A stretch of DNA of 64,000 bases from Longimicrobiales bacterium (lineage in GTDB: Bacteria; Gemmatimonadota; Gemmatimonadetes; Longimicrobiales; Gaopeijiaceae). Below the pieces are notes generated by a model. The model searched no databases, was not told where the DNA came from, and saw only the letters and a program-made list of their open reading frames with translations. Below are positions 47,956-59,293 of this stretch, piece after piece. The stretch is from positions 512,001-576,000 of the forward strand of contig OZ220732.1 in assembly GCA_965116905.1 (NCBI GenBank). The letters are read 5' to 3'. Position 1 is the first letter of the stretch. Every line of letters begins with the position of its first letter. The translations under genes and the position numbers were made by a program.

Positions 47956-49134
47956 GTGGCACAACCCCGCGGGCGTCTCGGCCTGCTCTTCCTGGCGGTT
48001 CTGGTCGATCTCGTGGGCTTCGGGATCGTCCTGCCGATCCTTCCGTTCTACGCCCGGGACCTGGGCGCGGGGGGGCTGCAGGTCGGCCTTCTGGTCACGG
48101 TGTACTCGGCGGTCCAGCTGGTCATGGCCCCGTTGTGGGGACGGATTTCCGACCGCTTCGGACGTCGCCGCGTCCTCATTCTCGGACTGCTGGGAAGCGC
48201 GGCTGCCTATATCATCTTCGCCCGCGCCGACTCCCTGGCTCTTTTGTTCCTGTCGCGCATCGTCGGCGGGATCGGCGGCTCCACCATCCCCGTGGCCCAA
48301 GCATACATCGCCGATGTGACGCCCCCCACGCGCCGAGCCGGCAACATGGGCCTGATCGGGGCCGCATTCGGCCTCGGGTTCGTGATCGGTCCCGCGCTGG
48401 GCGGCATCCTGTATGGCGTCTCGCCGGATTCGCCCGCCGCACCGGGCTACGTCGCAGCCGGACTCTGTTTCGCCAACGCGCTGGTGGCAGGACTGTGGCT
48501 TCCCGAGTCGAGGCAGTCGCGGGATCGCGCGACCTCGAGGTTCAATCTCGGTGCGGCCCTCACGGAAGTGCGCGGATCCAGCCAGATCAAGATCATCCTC
48601 GCGGGCTACCTGTTCATCACGATGGCCTTCTCCACCCTGCAGCCCACGCTGTCGCTGCTCGCGTCCGAGCGGTTCACCCTGGGAGCGCGCCAGGCGGGAT
48701 ATCTGTTCGCCATGCTGGGCTTCGTCTCGGCCGTGTACCAGGGAGGCATTGTTCGCGCGCTGGTCCCGCGGATGGGAGAGCGTCGGCTCTTCCGCTACAG
48801 CGCACTGCCCTTCGCGACCGGCCTTCTGGTGATCGGACTGGCGACGGACCTGCGGCTGCTGCTCGCGGGCCTGGTCCTGCTGGGCATCGGCTATGGCGGC
48901 GCGGTGCCGGCGGTGCTGGGTCTCCTGTCGCGGGCGGCGAGCCCCGACCGCCAGGGGGGAGTCCTCGGCGTCGGTCAGAGCGTCGGGTCACTGGCTCGGG
49001 TGCTTGGCCCTTCCATGGCCGGCGCCCTCTTCGACGTCAGACTCGCCTTCCCCTATCTGGCCGGAGCACTCCTCATTCTGCTGGCGCTGCTCGTGTCCGG
49101 CGGAATCACCCAGCCCGAGGAGGCGACCCGATGA
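47956..49134 (+). CDS. MFS transporter (DHA1/TetA-like)
   Basis: GRISDRFGRRRV, AQAYIADVT, GLGFVIGPALGG. Confidence 0.92.
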   Translation: MAQPRGRLGLLFLAVLVDLVGFGIVLPILPFYARDLGAGGLQVGLLVTVYSAVQLVMAPLWGRISDRFGRRRVLILGLLGSAAAYIIFARADSLALLFLSRIVGGIGGSTIPVAQAYIADVTPPTRRAGNMGLIGAAFGLGFVIGPALGGILYGVSPDSPAAPGYVAAGLCFANALVAGLWLPESRQSRDRATSRFNLGAALTEVRGSSQIKIILAGYLFITMAFSTLQPTLSLLASERFTLGARQAGYLFAMLGFVSAVYQGGIVRALVPRMGERRLFRYSALPFATGLLVIGLATDLRLLLAGLVLLGIGYGGAVPAVLGLLSRAASPDRQGGVLGVGQSVGSLARVLGPSMAGALFDVRLAFPYLAGALLILLALLVSGGITQPEEATR

Positions 49135-49877
49135 ACCTGACCGTCGTCCTTCACGAGCCCCAGGACCTGGTCAACATCGCCGCAGCGGTACGCGCGATGG
49201 CCAACATGGGCCTCGGCCGCCTCGCCGTCGTGAATCCGCGGGAGTTCGACGCCTGGCGGATCACGGGCATCGCCCACCGCACCGACCACATCGTCGACGC
49301 CATCGCCCGCGTGGACTCGCTCGAGGAAGCGCTGGCGGACGCCACGTTCGTGGTCGGCACGTCGGCCCGCGCGCGGACGGCTCAGCGCAACTACTCCCGG
49401 CCGCGGGAACTGGCACCGAGCATCCTCCGGCACGCGCGCGACGGAGCCGTCGCGATCGTCTTCGGGCGTGAGGACCGCGGCCTTTCGAATGAGGCCCTCG
49501 ACCGCTGCCACGAGGTGATGGTCATCCCGACCACACCGGAGTATTCCTCGCTGAACCTGGGGCAGGCGGTGCTGCTCGTCGCCTACGAGCTTTTCCTGGC
49601 CGGGGTCGGCGAGACCGGGTCCCTGCCGGTGGGCAAGCGATCGCTCGGACCCGCCACCGCGGACGAGCTGGAGGAGATGTACGCGGCGCTCGAAGCCGGT
49701 CTGGAACGGATCGATTTCTTCAAGGCCCGCAAGGCGGAAAGCGTCATGCGCACCCTGCGCACGGCATTCGGCAGGACGACCCTGGACGCACACGAAGCGC
49801 GCCTCCTGGCCTCCATCGGCTACCAGGTGCGCAACCGGTTCGACCGCATCACAAGAAAAGGGAGTTCACCTTCATGA
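49131..49877 (+). CDS. SPOUT tRNA methyltransferase, TrmJ/LasT family
   Basis: NIAAAVRAMANMG, VVGTSAR, FGREDRGLSNE, SSLNLGQAV. Confidence 0.9.
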   Translation: MNLTVVLHEPQDLVNIAAAVRAMANMGLGRLAVVNPREFDAWRITGIAHRTDHIVDAIARVDSLEEALADATFVVGTSARARTAQRNYSRPRELAPSILRHARDGAVAIVFGREDRGLSNEALDRCHEVMVIPTTPEYSSLNLGQAVLLVAYELFLAGVGETGSLPVGKRSLGPATADELEEMYAALEAGLERIDFFKARKAESVMRTLRTAFGRTTLDAHEARLLASIGYQVRNRFDRITRKGSSPS

Positions 49878-51133
49878 CCCGCCGGCCCGGCAGTCCCCTG
49901 ACCCTCCTGTCGGCAGGCGCCCTCGCTACCTGCCTGGCAGTCGCCGCCTGCGCATACGACGAGGACCGCGCAACGCCACCTCCCGCCAACCAGACCGCGG
50001 GGCCCGGCGCCGCGGGGTCCGGCGCCGAATGGCCCGGCGACGAGTGGCCCGTCTCCACGCCGGCCGCCGAGGGCGTTGACCCGGCAGCGATAGACGCGCT
50101 GGTGTCCGACATCGACGCGGGACGCTACGGGCTCATCGACCACTTCCTCCTCATCCGCAACGGCCGCGTCATCGCCGACCATCACTGGGACCACCACGAC
50201 ACCTACCTCCAGATCCTCGCGGCACAGGACGACACGGCCGGGCACCAGTACAACTACGACCATCCCGCGTGGCATCCGTTCTACCGCGACACGCGTCTGC
50301 ACAGCCTCCAGTCGGTCACCAAGAGCGTGATGTCGGTTGCCTTCGGGATCGCGGTCGACACCGGAGACCTCCCGCCGGTAGACGCGGAGGCGTGGCCGTA
50401 CTTCACCGAATACGGCGTGGATCCGTCGGAGCCCGACCGCGTTGACGCATCGCTCGAGGACTTCCTGACCATGCGCAGCGGGATCACCTGGGCGGCCCCG
50501 GGCCAGACCTACGAAGACGGGACGCACCCCACCACCGCCATGGAGTTGAGCGACGCCTGGATCGACTATGTCGTGAACCGTCCCGTGGGGGTCGAGCCGG
50601 GCACCCGCTTCGACTACAACGACGGCGTGAGCGTGATGCTGGGCAAGATCGTGCGCGAAGCGACCGGCCTGCGGATCGACGAGTGGGCCGAAGAGCGCCT
50701 TTTCGAACCGATCGGCGTCGACGAGTACTACTGGAAGATCACCCCGGGAGGAGAGGTGGATTCGGAGGGTGGCCTCTATCTAACGGCGCACGACCTCGCG
50801 CGCGTCGGCTACCTCATGCTTCGCCAGGGCGAATGGGATGGCCGCCAGGTGGTCTCGGCGGACTGGGTGCACGTGTCCACCTCGGCCGTCGTGCCCGACG
50901 TCAATCCGGCCAACGACCGCCCGGACAGCGGATACGGCTACCAGTGGTGGGTGCCCATGCACGAAGACGGCGAGACGCGCATCTTCGCGGCCAACGGATA
51001 CGGCGGCCAGTTCATGCACGTGGTCCCCGAGCACGATCTGATCTCCGTCTTCAACGGCTGGACGCTGCACGAACGTCCCGAGTTCTCCAGCTGGCTGGCC
51101 ATGCAGGACCGGATTCTGCCTGCAGTTGACTAA
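49874..51133 (+). CDS. Serine hydrolase, beta-lactamase-related family, lipoprotein
   Basis: SVTK, FDYN, YGYQWW, ANGYGGQ; lipobox VAAC. Confidence 0.88.
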   Translation: MTRRPGSPLTLLSAGALATCLAVAACAYDEDRATPPPANQTAGPGAAGSGAEWPGDEWPVSTPAAEGVDPAAIDALVSDIDAGRYGLIDHFLLIRNGRVIADHHWDHHDTYLQILAAQDDTAGHQYNYDHPAWHPFYRDTRLHSLQSVTKSVMSVAFGIAVDTGDLPPVDAEAWPYFTEYGVDPSEPDRVDASLEDFLTMRSGITWAAPGQTYEDGTHPTTAMELSDAWIDYVVNRPVGVEPGTRFDYNDGVSVMLGKIVREATGLRIDEWAEERLFEPIGVDEYYWKITPGGEVDSEGGLYLTAHDLARVGYLMLRQGEWDGRQVVSADWVHVSTSAVVPDVNPANDRPDSGYGYQWWVPMHEDGETRIFAANGYGGQFMHVVPEHDLISVFNGWTLHERPEFSSWLAMQDRILPAVD

Positions 51134-51194
51134 GGGGTGGACCAAGCCGTGAACCGGGGGTGAAGCACCGCTGGACCAGGCTGTGGGCCGCGGT

Positions 51195-52493
51195 CTAGCC
51201 CTCGGCTTCGAGGGGCTCCGGATCCACCTCCGGCTGCCACATCTGCACCGCCGGGAACGTGGCGAGGAACCAGCGCACCGCCATCAGGAACAGGCCCAGG
51301 AACATGAGGCCGATCAGCGGCGTGGCCACCGAGAACACGGGGTCGCCCTCGTGGTGCAGCGAGGGAAAGATCAGCATGTAGTGCCACAGCCACAGCCCCG
51401 CCAGCACCACCGTCGCGAACATCTGCAGGATGATCGGGGTCTTCTTCGGCCGCGCCCCGATCAACCCCGCGAACGGCGCCACGAAGCACAGCACGATCAC
51501 CGTGGCCGAGAGGCCGCCCCACGGATCTCCCGCCCGCGTGTTGATCCACGCCTGCTCCCACTGGAGCTTGCCGTACCAGATCACGATGTACTGCGAGAAG
51601 AACAGGTAGGTCCAGAAGACCGCGAAGGCGAAGGTCAGCTTCCCCAGATCCCACAACGCGGACGTGCCCACGTGCTCTCCGAAGACCGCGTCGCGCCGCC
51701 TGAGCAGCACGGCCGCGACAGCCGTGGCCGCGAATCCGCCCCACAGCGCGCCCATGAAGAACCAGCCGCCGAAGAGCGTCGAGAACCAGTGCGGCTCGAG
51801 CGACATCGCCCAGTCGAATGCCAGCACCGTCATCACGGTCGCGTAGACGAGCACGAGCACCGGGGCCATGGTCGTCATGACCTGATAGCTGCGCGCCTCC
51901 TCGGCGGCCAGACCCCTCCAGCCCCTCGTGAAACGCGCGTGCCACCATGAACGCACGCGGGAATCGCCCCCCGCCGGATTGCGAGTAGCGCCGACCCGCC
52001 CGAGGTCCGGCCTGAGGGCCAGGTACACGAACCCGCACGCCATCGTGAACAGCGCCAGCACCCCGACGAGATTCCTGCTGACCAGGAAGGGCACGTTGAG
52101 GTACGCCGCCTTCTTCTGGACGATGGGGTCGTCGGCCATCATCTCGATCCACGGGAAGTAGTCCTCCCGCAGGTTGAGCAGCATCGGGATGAAGAGCACG
52201 AACGCGATGGGCAGGTACGCGGCAAACGAGTGGTGGAGCCGGCGCACGGACCAGTTCCACTTCGCCTTCACGATCCAGGTCACGGCCGCGACGATCACCC
52301 CGCCCATGGCGATGGACGCGAAGTAGTTCCAGTTGACCACGTACGACTGCCAGGCCAGCGACGAATCCCGCGACAGGGTGACGAAGAACGACACGATGCC
52401 GACGAAGACCATCAGCCGCACGATCATGGTGGCCGTGGTGCCGCGGTCCAGGTAGCGGAGGGGGACTTCGGACGGGATCGAGTGGTGAGCCAT
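51195..52493 (-). CDS. actF: Alternative complex III subunit ActF
   Basis: Polytopic; FDWAMSLEPHWFSTLFG, DLGKL, FWTYLFFSQYIVIWYG. Confidence 0.88.
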   Translation of the reverse strand: MAHHSIPSEVPLRYLDRGTTATMIVRLMVFVGIVSFFVTLSRDSSLAWQSYVVNWNYFASIAMGGVIVAAVTWIVKAKWNWSVRRLHHSFAAYLPIAFVLFIPMLLNLREDYFPWIEMMADDPIVQKKAAYLNVPFLVSRNLVGVLALFTMACGFVYLALRPDLGRVGATRNPAGGDSRVRSWWHARFTRGWRGLAAEEARSYQVMTTMAPVLVLVYATVMTVLAFDWAMSLEPHWFSTLFGGWFFMGALWGGFAATAVAAVLLRRRDAVFGEHVGTSALWDLGKLTFAFAVFWTYLFFSQYIVIWYGKLQWEQAWINTRAGDPWGGLSATVIVLCFVAPFAGLIGARPKKTPIILQMFATVVLAGLWLWHYMLIFPSLHHEGDPVFSVATPLIGLMFLGLFLMAVRWFLATFPAVQMWQPEVDPEPLEAEG

Positions 52494-52496
52494 GGG

Positions 52497-53195
52497 TCAG
52501 TTCCCCGCGCCCCCGACAGGCGTCGTCTCGCCGTCACTGCCGTCACCGGCCTCACTGCCGTCCCCGCCCTCGTCGGCCTCGCCCGAGCCGGGCCCGAGCC
52601 CCTGCATCTGGCGCACATAGTTGACAATGTGCCACCGGTCGTAGTGGCTGATCTGGTGACCATAGGCCGGCATCAGCGCCCGGCCGACGCGGATCATCCC
52701 GTAGAGGTAGCCGTCGCTCCTGGCCATCGCCACCTCGCCGGTCAACGGGTAGGCGGCCAGGGCAGGATGAACCTCGAAGATGTACGCAGTCGTGCCGGCG
52801 CCGTCGGGTCCGTGGCAGACGATGCAGACGCGCTCGTAGAGCTGTTCCCCGCGGGCAAGCGACTCCGCCGTCGCCGGGACCGGATTGGTGAGGCTGTCCA
52901 CGACGTCGGGACGGTTGCCCATGTCGAGTTGGGTAAACGGCGGGGGCACGTCCGAGCTGCCCTCGGGCTGCCCGACATTCGTGTCGAAGTGGCCCGCCGG
53001 ATAGTTCCCCGCGGCCATGGGCACCGTCCCCTCGGGAGGCAGCAGCGTGTGCTCGTAGGGATCGAACGACCGCTGGTCGCGCATGCTGCGGCCGAAGACG
53101 TCGCCCATGAAGTCGTCGAGCGGCACACAGGCCCCGGAAGCGAGGAGCGCCAGCCCCAGGCCGAAAACGACACGCCCGCGGACCCGGTCAGACAT
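52497..53195 (-). CDS. actE: Alternative complex III ActE, monoheme cytochrome c lipoprotein
   Basis: Lipobox-like SGAC; CIVCH; MPAY; RWHIVNYVR. Confidence 0.88.
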   Translation of the reverse strand: MSDRVRGRVVFGLGLALLASGACVPLDDFMGDVFGRSMRDQRSFDPYEHTLLPPEGTVPMAAGNYPAGHFDTNVGQPEGSSDVPPPFTQLDMGNRPDVVDSLTNPVPATAESLARGEQLYERVCIVCHGPDGAGTTAYIFEVHPALAAYPLTGEVAMARSDGYLYGMIRVGRALMPAYGHQISHYDRWHIVNYVRQMQGLGPGSGEADEGGDGSEAGDGSDGETTPVGGAGN

Positions 53196-53729
53196 CGAAG
53201 CCCTCCGGGTCGTCCCGCAACTCGTCCGGATCGAAGCCGGCCAGGATGTTGCGGACCTCCTCGATTCTGGCGGGCGGGGCGGTCACGTAGACGCCGAACG
53301 AGCCGTTGGAGCACTCCGGGTGATAGGCCACCAGCGGCCGCAGATTGGGCAGGCCGGCGTTGATGAAGAGGCCGATCACGGTCGAGAGCGCGCCGAACAG
53401 GATCGCGCACTCGAAGGCGATGATCACGTACGCGGGTATCGAGAGGATGGGCTTGCCACCGGTCACCAGCGGCCAGTCCATCGACGTCCACGAAGTGAAC
53501 GCGAAACCCGTCGCCGCGCCGGTCAGCCCGCCCGCAAGGGTGAACACCCTGACGGGACTGTGGGTCAGGGCCAGCCCCTCCTCCAGCAACTCGTGCTCCG
53601 GGAGCGGCGCATAGGCCCGGAACCCCTTGTGTCCCGCGGCGCGCAACGCCTTGCAGGCTTCCACCGTCGAGTCGAGGTGCGTGAAGAGGGCGAAAACCCC
53701 CTGGTGCCCGCGCCGGAACCTGGCTCCGA

Positions 53730-53733
<4 letters not shown>
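53188..53733 (-). CDS. actD: Alternative complex III ActD (DUF3341)
   Basis: DWPLVTGGKP, PAYVIIAFE; ATGA overlap with actC. Confidence 0.9.
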
Positions 53734-55103
<1,370 letters not shown>

Positions 55104-55106
55104 CGG

Positions 55107-58100
55107 CTAGTGCCCGCCATCGTCCACATCGTGGTGGGTGACCTTCTTGAGGTAGTGGACCGCCGGCTGGGTGTTGATGAACGCGTCCAGTACGCGGTAG
55201 ACGCGCTCGTCGACCGCGGCCGACGCCACCTGCGATTCGTGATCGCGGATGTTGCCGAAGCTGATCACCTCGGCCGGGCAGACGCTCTGGCACGCGGTCC
55301 GAACCTCGCCGTCACGGATGTCGCGTCCCTCGACCGCCGCGCGGTTCCCCGCTTCCCGGATCCGCTGGACGCAGAACGTGCACTTCTCCATGACGCCGTT
55401 GTCCCGCACCGTCACGTCCGGATTGAACTGCCAGTTCATGGGCTCGGGAATGTTCTCCCGGGTGTACCGATACCAGTTGAAGACCCGGACCTTGTACGGG
55501 CAGTTGTTGGCGCAGTACCGCGTACCCACGCAGCGGTTGTACGCCTGGGCGTTCAGCCCGTCGGGCGTGTGATAGGCCGCGAACACCGGGCAGACGGGTT
55601 CGCAGGGGGCGTTGTTGCAGTGCTGGCAGAGCATCGGCAGGAAGCGGATGTCCACCGGCCCCGAGTGCGACGCGTCGACCGTCTCGTAGTAACGCTCGAG
55701 CCGCATCCAGTGCATCTCGCGGCCCATGGTGGCCTGCGTCTCGCCAACCCACGGGATGTTGTTCTCGGCCTGGCAGGCGGTGATGCAGGCCCCGCACCCC
55801 GTGCACTTGTCGAGGTCGATGGCCATCGCCCAGCGGGGCCCCTCGTGATCGTACTCGCCGAAGTCCGACCCGGGCAGCGGGAAATCCTCCGCCAGCCCCT
55901 CGGTTGCGACCGGACGGAAGCCGCCTCCTTCCTGCAGCTCCCGGATCTGGTCATGTGCGTCGCCGGCGCCGTGTTCGTCCTCGGCCGCGTGTCCAAGGGC
56001 GGAGAGCGCCACGGCGGGCGTGACGTTGCGGTCGTCCTGGTCGCTTGAGCCCTCGGTCGAGGTCAGGCGCCGCCAGGCGCCCGTGGGGGTCACGGTGACA
56101 CGGGTCGAAATCAGCGCAAGCGTCCCGGACACGGCGTCGGTGGCCTCCGGGAGAAGTTCCATGGGATTGACGCCGTTGCCGTTGGCGAACTGCCCGTAGT
56201 CGGTATGGCCGCCGCCCATGGCCAGGGCCACCACGTCTTCCCGTATCCCCGGGTAGACCCACACCGGGACTTCCACAGTGCCGTTCGCCGAGGCAATGCT
56301 CACGACATCGCCCGACCTCAGGCCGAGACGCTCGGCTGTGGCCGGGTTCAACTCGGCCCACGAGTGCCACATCACCTTCGAGACCGGATCGGGCAGCTCC
56401 AGCAGCCACGGGCGATTTGCGTGGGTACCGTCGCCGAAACGCGGGGACGGGTGGACCAGCAGCGTCAGGTCGCCATCGCCGCTGAGCCCGGGCAGACGAA
56501 AGTCGACCGCGGTCGTCGGAGCCTGCAACGCGCCGACCTTGGGCGTGAGGTCCGTGTACGACACCGAACCCGTTCGCAGCAGTTCCCGCCACAGAGCGCC
56601 CGGATCGCCGACCAGTCCTGCCGCCTCACCGTTTTGCGCGAGCCACGCGTCGTGCGCGCCGCGCAGGTAGTCGTGGAAGTTCGCCGCGCCAAAGTCGTGG
56701 CCCAGTCGGCGGCCCGTTTCCAGGAGGACATCGCTCATCGGGCGGGAGTCGTATGCGGGAACGGGACGCATGGCCGGTTGCCTGACCGAATACGTGCCCG
56801 GCGCGGGAATGGCATCGCCCCAGGATTCGAGCACGTGGGCATCCGGCAGCACCAGGTCGGCCAGCGCCGATGTCTCGTCCAGCGCAGTCGCGAAAGCGAC
56901 CTTGAAGGGAACCAGCGCGAAAGCGTCGCGGAATCCGGATGCGGACGGCAGGGAGTAGGCGGGGTTGGTCCCGGCCACAACCGCCACGCCGTAGACGCCG
57001 CCGCTCATTCCGCGGATCGCGTCCGCCACGTCGGCGTACGACGAAGCCTCGGCGTCGGGCGCGTCGTCGATGTGCATGGTGCGGCCCAGGCTGCCCGCCG
57101 CCGCGTTGAGGATGAGGACGGCGAGGTTCGCCGCCGTCGCGGTCTGATGGTGCCCCGCTGCTCCCGGTCCCAGCGCCAGTCCCACGCCCGCCTCGAACTG
57201 ATCCGCGAGCGCCGCGAGGGCCTCGGCCTCCACGCCCGCAACCTCGGCGGCGTCCTCCAGTCTCTGTCCCGCGACAAGCTCGGTGTACGGTCCGGCGTCG
57301 CCACCGCGCCGCACGAGTTCGCCGGCAACCGCCAGCGCGATCTGAGTCTCCGAACCCGCCCGGGCCGGAATCCACTCGTCCGCGTTCTGGCCGGTCAGCG
57401 AAAGGCGTGGCCCCACGAATACGAACTTGCCCTTGACGCCGTGATCCACCCCGTGCATGGCGGCGAAGTCCGCACCGAAGGAGACCGGGGACAGCCATGT
57501 TTCGAGGAAGTCGGCCCCGAACGACACGAGAAAGTCGGCCGCCGCGATGTCGTACCGGGGCAGCGCATTGACGCCGAACGCGATCTCGGTGGCTCTCCTC
57601 AGCGCGGGGTCATCCAACGCGTCATGGATGGCCCGCTGACCGCCGACCGCATCGACGAAGCTGTTGAGCAGAAGGCCCTCGGTCGGTCCCTTCTTCCCGG
57701 TCAGGAAGAGCGACCGCCCGCCGGTGCCCATGCGCTCCACCAGCATCTCGAGCGCTTCGTCCCAGGTAATCTCCTCGAACCCGTCCGGGCCCGCGCGCAT
57801 CGGCGCGGCGACGCGATCCGGGTTGTAGAGCCCCTGCAACGCGGAGACCCCGCGCGAGCAGACCCCTCCGCGGGAAACGGGATGCTCGGGATTCCCCTCG
57901 ATCATCACCGCGCGCCCCTCGCGGGTCCGCACCCTGATCCCGCAACCGCTCGAGCATTCGCCGCACGTCGACGCGTACCAGGTAGCGACCCCGGGTGTAA
58001 TCTCCTCCGGAGGCGTCACGTAGGGGATCAGTCGCTCGACGCTGTCGGTCGAACATCCGGCGACGGCAGCCCCGGCGCTTCCGGCACCGACCACCTTCAG

Positions 58101-58130
58101 AAAGTCACGCCGTCCGAATCCGTCGCTCAT
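55107..58130 (-). CDS. actB: Alternative complex III ActB (molybdopterin-oxidoreductase-like plus Fe-S domain)
   Basis: Tat motif GRRDFLK; CTGCGACITAC, CQHCNNAPCEPVCP, CVGTRYCANNCPY, EKCTFC. Confidence 0.92.
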   Translation of the reverse strand: MSDGFGRRDFLKVVGAGSAGAAVAGCSTDSVERLIPYVTPPEEITPGVATWYASTCGECSSGCGIRVRTREGRAVMIEGNPEHPVSRGGVCSRGVSALQGLYNPDRVAAPMRAGPDGFEEITWDEALEMLVERMGTGGRSLFLTGKKGPTEGLLLNSFVDAVGGQRAIHDALDDPALRRATEIAFGVNALPRYDIAAADFLVSFGADFLETWLSPVSFGADFAAMHGVDHGVKGKFVFVGPRLSLTGQNADEWIPARAGSETQIALAVAGELVRRGGDAGPYTELVAGQRLEDAAEVAGVEAEALAALADQFEAGVGLALGPGAAGHHQTATAANLAVLILNAAAGSLGRTMHIDDAPDAEASSYADVADAIRGMSGGVYGVAVVAGTNPAYSLPSASGFRDAFALVPFKVAFATALDETSALADLVLPDAHVLESWGDAIPAPGTYSVRQPAMRPVPAYDSRPMSDVLLETGRRLGHDFGAANFHDYLRGAHDAWLAQNGEAAGLVGDPGALWRELLRTGSVSYTDLTPKVGALQAPTTAVDFRLPGLSGDGDLTLLVHPSPRFGDGTHANRPWLLELPDPVSKVMWHSWAELNPATAERLGLRSGDVVSIASANGTVEVPVWVYPGIREDVVALAMGGGHTDYGQFANGNGVNPMELLPEATDAVSGTLALISTRVTVTPTGAWRRLTSTEGSSDQDDRNVTPAVALSALGHAAEDEHGAGDAHDQIRELQEGGGFRPVATEGLAEDFPLPGSDFGEYDHEGPRWAMAIDLDKCTGCGACITACQAENNIPWVGETQATMGREMHWMRLERYYETVDASHSGPVDIRFLPMLCQHCNNAPCEPVCPVFAAYHTPDGLNAQAYNRCVGTRYCANNCPYKVRVFNWYRYTRENIPEPMNWQFNPDVTVRDNGVMEKCTFCVQRIREAGNRAAVEGRDIRDGEVRTACQSVCPAEVISFGNIRDHESQVASAAVDERVYRVLDAFINTQPAVHYLKKVTHHDVDDGGH

Positions 58131-58699
58131 CAGTAGTGACACACCGTGCAATCGCGCGACGCACCGCGCTCCAGGTGGCATGAGACGCACCAGCCCATGC
58201 GCAAATCACCTGCTTCGGGCGCCATCTCTTCGAGCACTCCCATGGCCTGCACCTCTCCGTGGCAGGTCTGGCAGGTGACCCCCGCGGCAACGTGCCGCAT
58301 ATGCGGGAACTTCACGTGGTCCGCGACCTTGTAGATGCGCTTCCACGGAATGGGCGTCCCCGAATTGCCGTATTCGAGAACCCTGGCGACCTCGGCGGGG
58401 TTGTTCCGCCCCGGAATCGCCTGGTGACAGCCCACGCACGTCGCCACCGGCGGAATCCCGGCATCGACCGAACGCTCCGCCGAGAAATGGCAGTACTGAC
58501 AGTCGATCAGGAACTGTCCCGCGTGGGTGTCGTGCGGGAACTGGATCGGCTGGAACTGCTCCGAGTCCTCGGCGACCTCATCGATCGCGCCGCCGTCGGG
58601 AGCCTGTCGGCCGGCCACCAGGGCGACCGTAAAGAGAACCGGCGCTACTGCGACACCGGTCCCGAGCCACAACCTTTTCATTCGAGCAGTAGGCATCAC
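58130..58699 (-). CDS. actA: Alternative complex III ActA, pentaheme cytochrome c
   Basis: Five CxxCH motifs: CQYCH, CVGCH, CQTCH, CVSCH, CTVCH. Confidence 0.92.
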   Translation of the reverse strand: MMPTARMKRLWLGTGVAVAPVLFTVALVAGRQAPDGGAIDEVAEDSEQFQPIQFPHDTHAGQFLIDCQYCHFSAERSVDAGIPPVATCVGCHQAIPGRNNPAEVARVLEYGNSGTPIPWKRIYKVADHVKFPHMRHVAAGVTCQTCHGEVQAMGVLEEMAPEAGDLRMGWCVSCHLERGASRDCTVCHY

Positions 58700-58765
58700 G
58701 GACCCGTCGCCGGGCCGACGTTGAGAGTTGAAGGGATTCCATCAGGGGTACGGAGAAGCCGAAGG

Positions 58766-58795
58766 AAGGTAGGGAATCGTCCACGACGATGTCAA
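58766..58795 (-). promoter_or_regulatory. Putative act operon promoter with a palindrome in the spacer
   Basis: TTGACA-N18-TACCTT; ATCGTC-CAC-GACGAT at 58776-58790. Confidence 0.55.
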
Positions 58796-58952
58796 CGAAG
58801 CCGGGTCGCCGAGGTCGGCGAGCGGCATCCCGCGGGGCACCCCCCGCCGGCCCGGTGGCCGGTGCCCGCGCTTCCCGCCGGGGCGACGACGGAGTCGTCC
58901 CGATCCCGAACCGCCTTTTGCGGCGACAGCCTCGTGCACTAGACTAGAATCC

Positions 58953-59279
58953 ATGGAACCTTCGTCTGTGCCCCCCGACCCGCCGGTTCCGTCGATCCCG
59001 ACCGACGATGCGGACAACGGTACCGCGCACGCCATGCACATCACCACCTTCACGCACGAAGGGAGGTTCTGGGATGTGCACCTGGAGTTCGTGGACGAAG
59101 GCCAGGCCACGGAATCCTGCCGGGGGCGGCTCTGCTACATCCCCACGGACCAGGCCGACCACGAGGAGCCGATACGGACGGCCGTGATCTTCATCGAGCC
59201 GAGCTATGAAGAGGTCAGGCAGGCCGCCCTGGATCTGGACCGCTACAACCTGGCGGCCTTGCTCCGCTCCGTCAGCTGA
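58953..59279 (+). CDS. Hypothetical protein
   Basis: Host-like codon usage; fills the gap before the amidotransferase gene. Confidence 0.7.
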   Translation: MEPSSVPPDPPVPSIPTDDADNGTAHAMHITTFTHEGRFWDVHLEFVDEGQATESCRGRLCYIPTDQADHEEPIRTAVIFIEPSYEEVRQAALDLDRYNLAALLRSVS

Positions 59280-59293
59280 ATCCGCCGGGGCAC

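Noticed and set aside
48135..49130. N-terminal extension on the TrmJ-like ORF (likewise the ORF-track extensions of maeB, polA, actD, the ABC genes and the acylase)
   Set aside because: They run through neighbouring genes or promoters in stop-poor frames; downstream starts fit the family boundaries.
47956..51133. Antibiotic-resistance calls (tetA, beta-lactamase)
   Set aside because: Motifs support only the broad MFS and serine-hydrolase families; the context is housekeeping, not mobile.
51138..51185. 14-bp imperfect direct repeat between convergent genes
   Set aside because: 12/14 match in GC-rich DNA downstream of both genes; could be chance.
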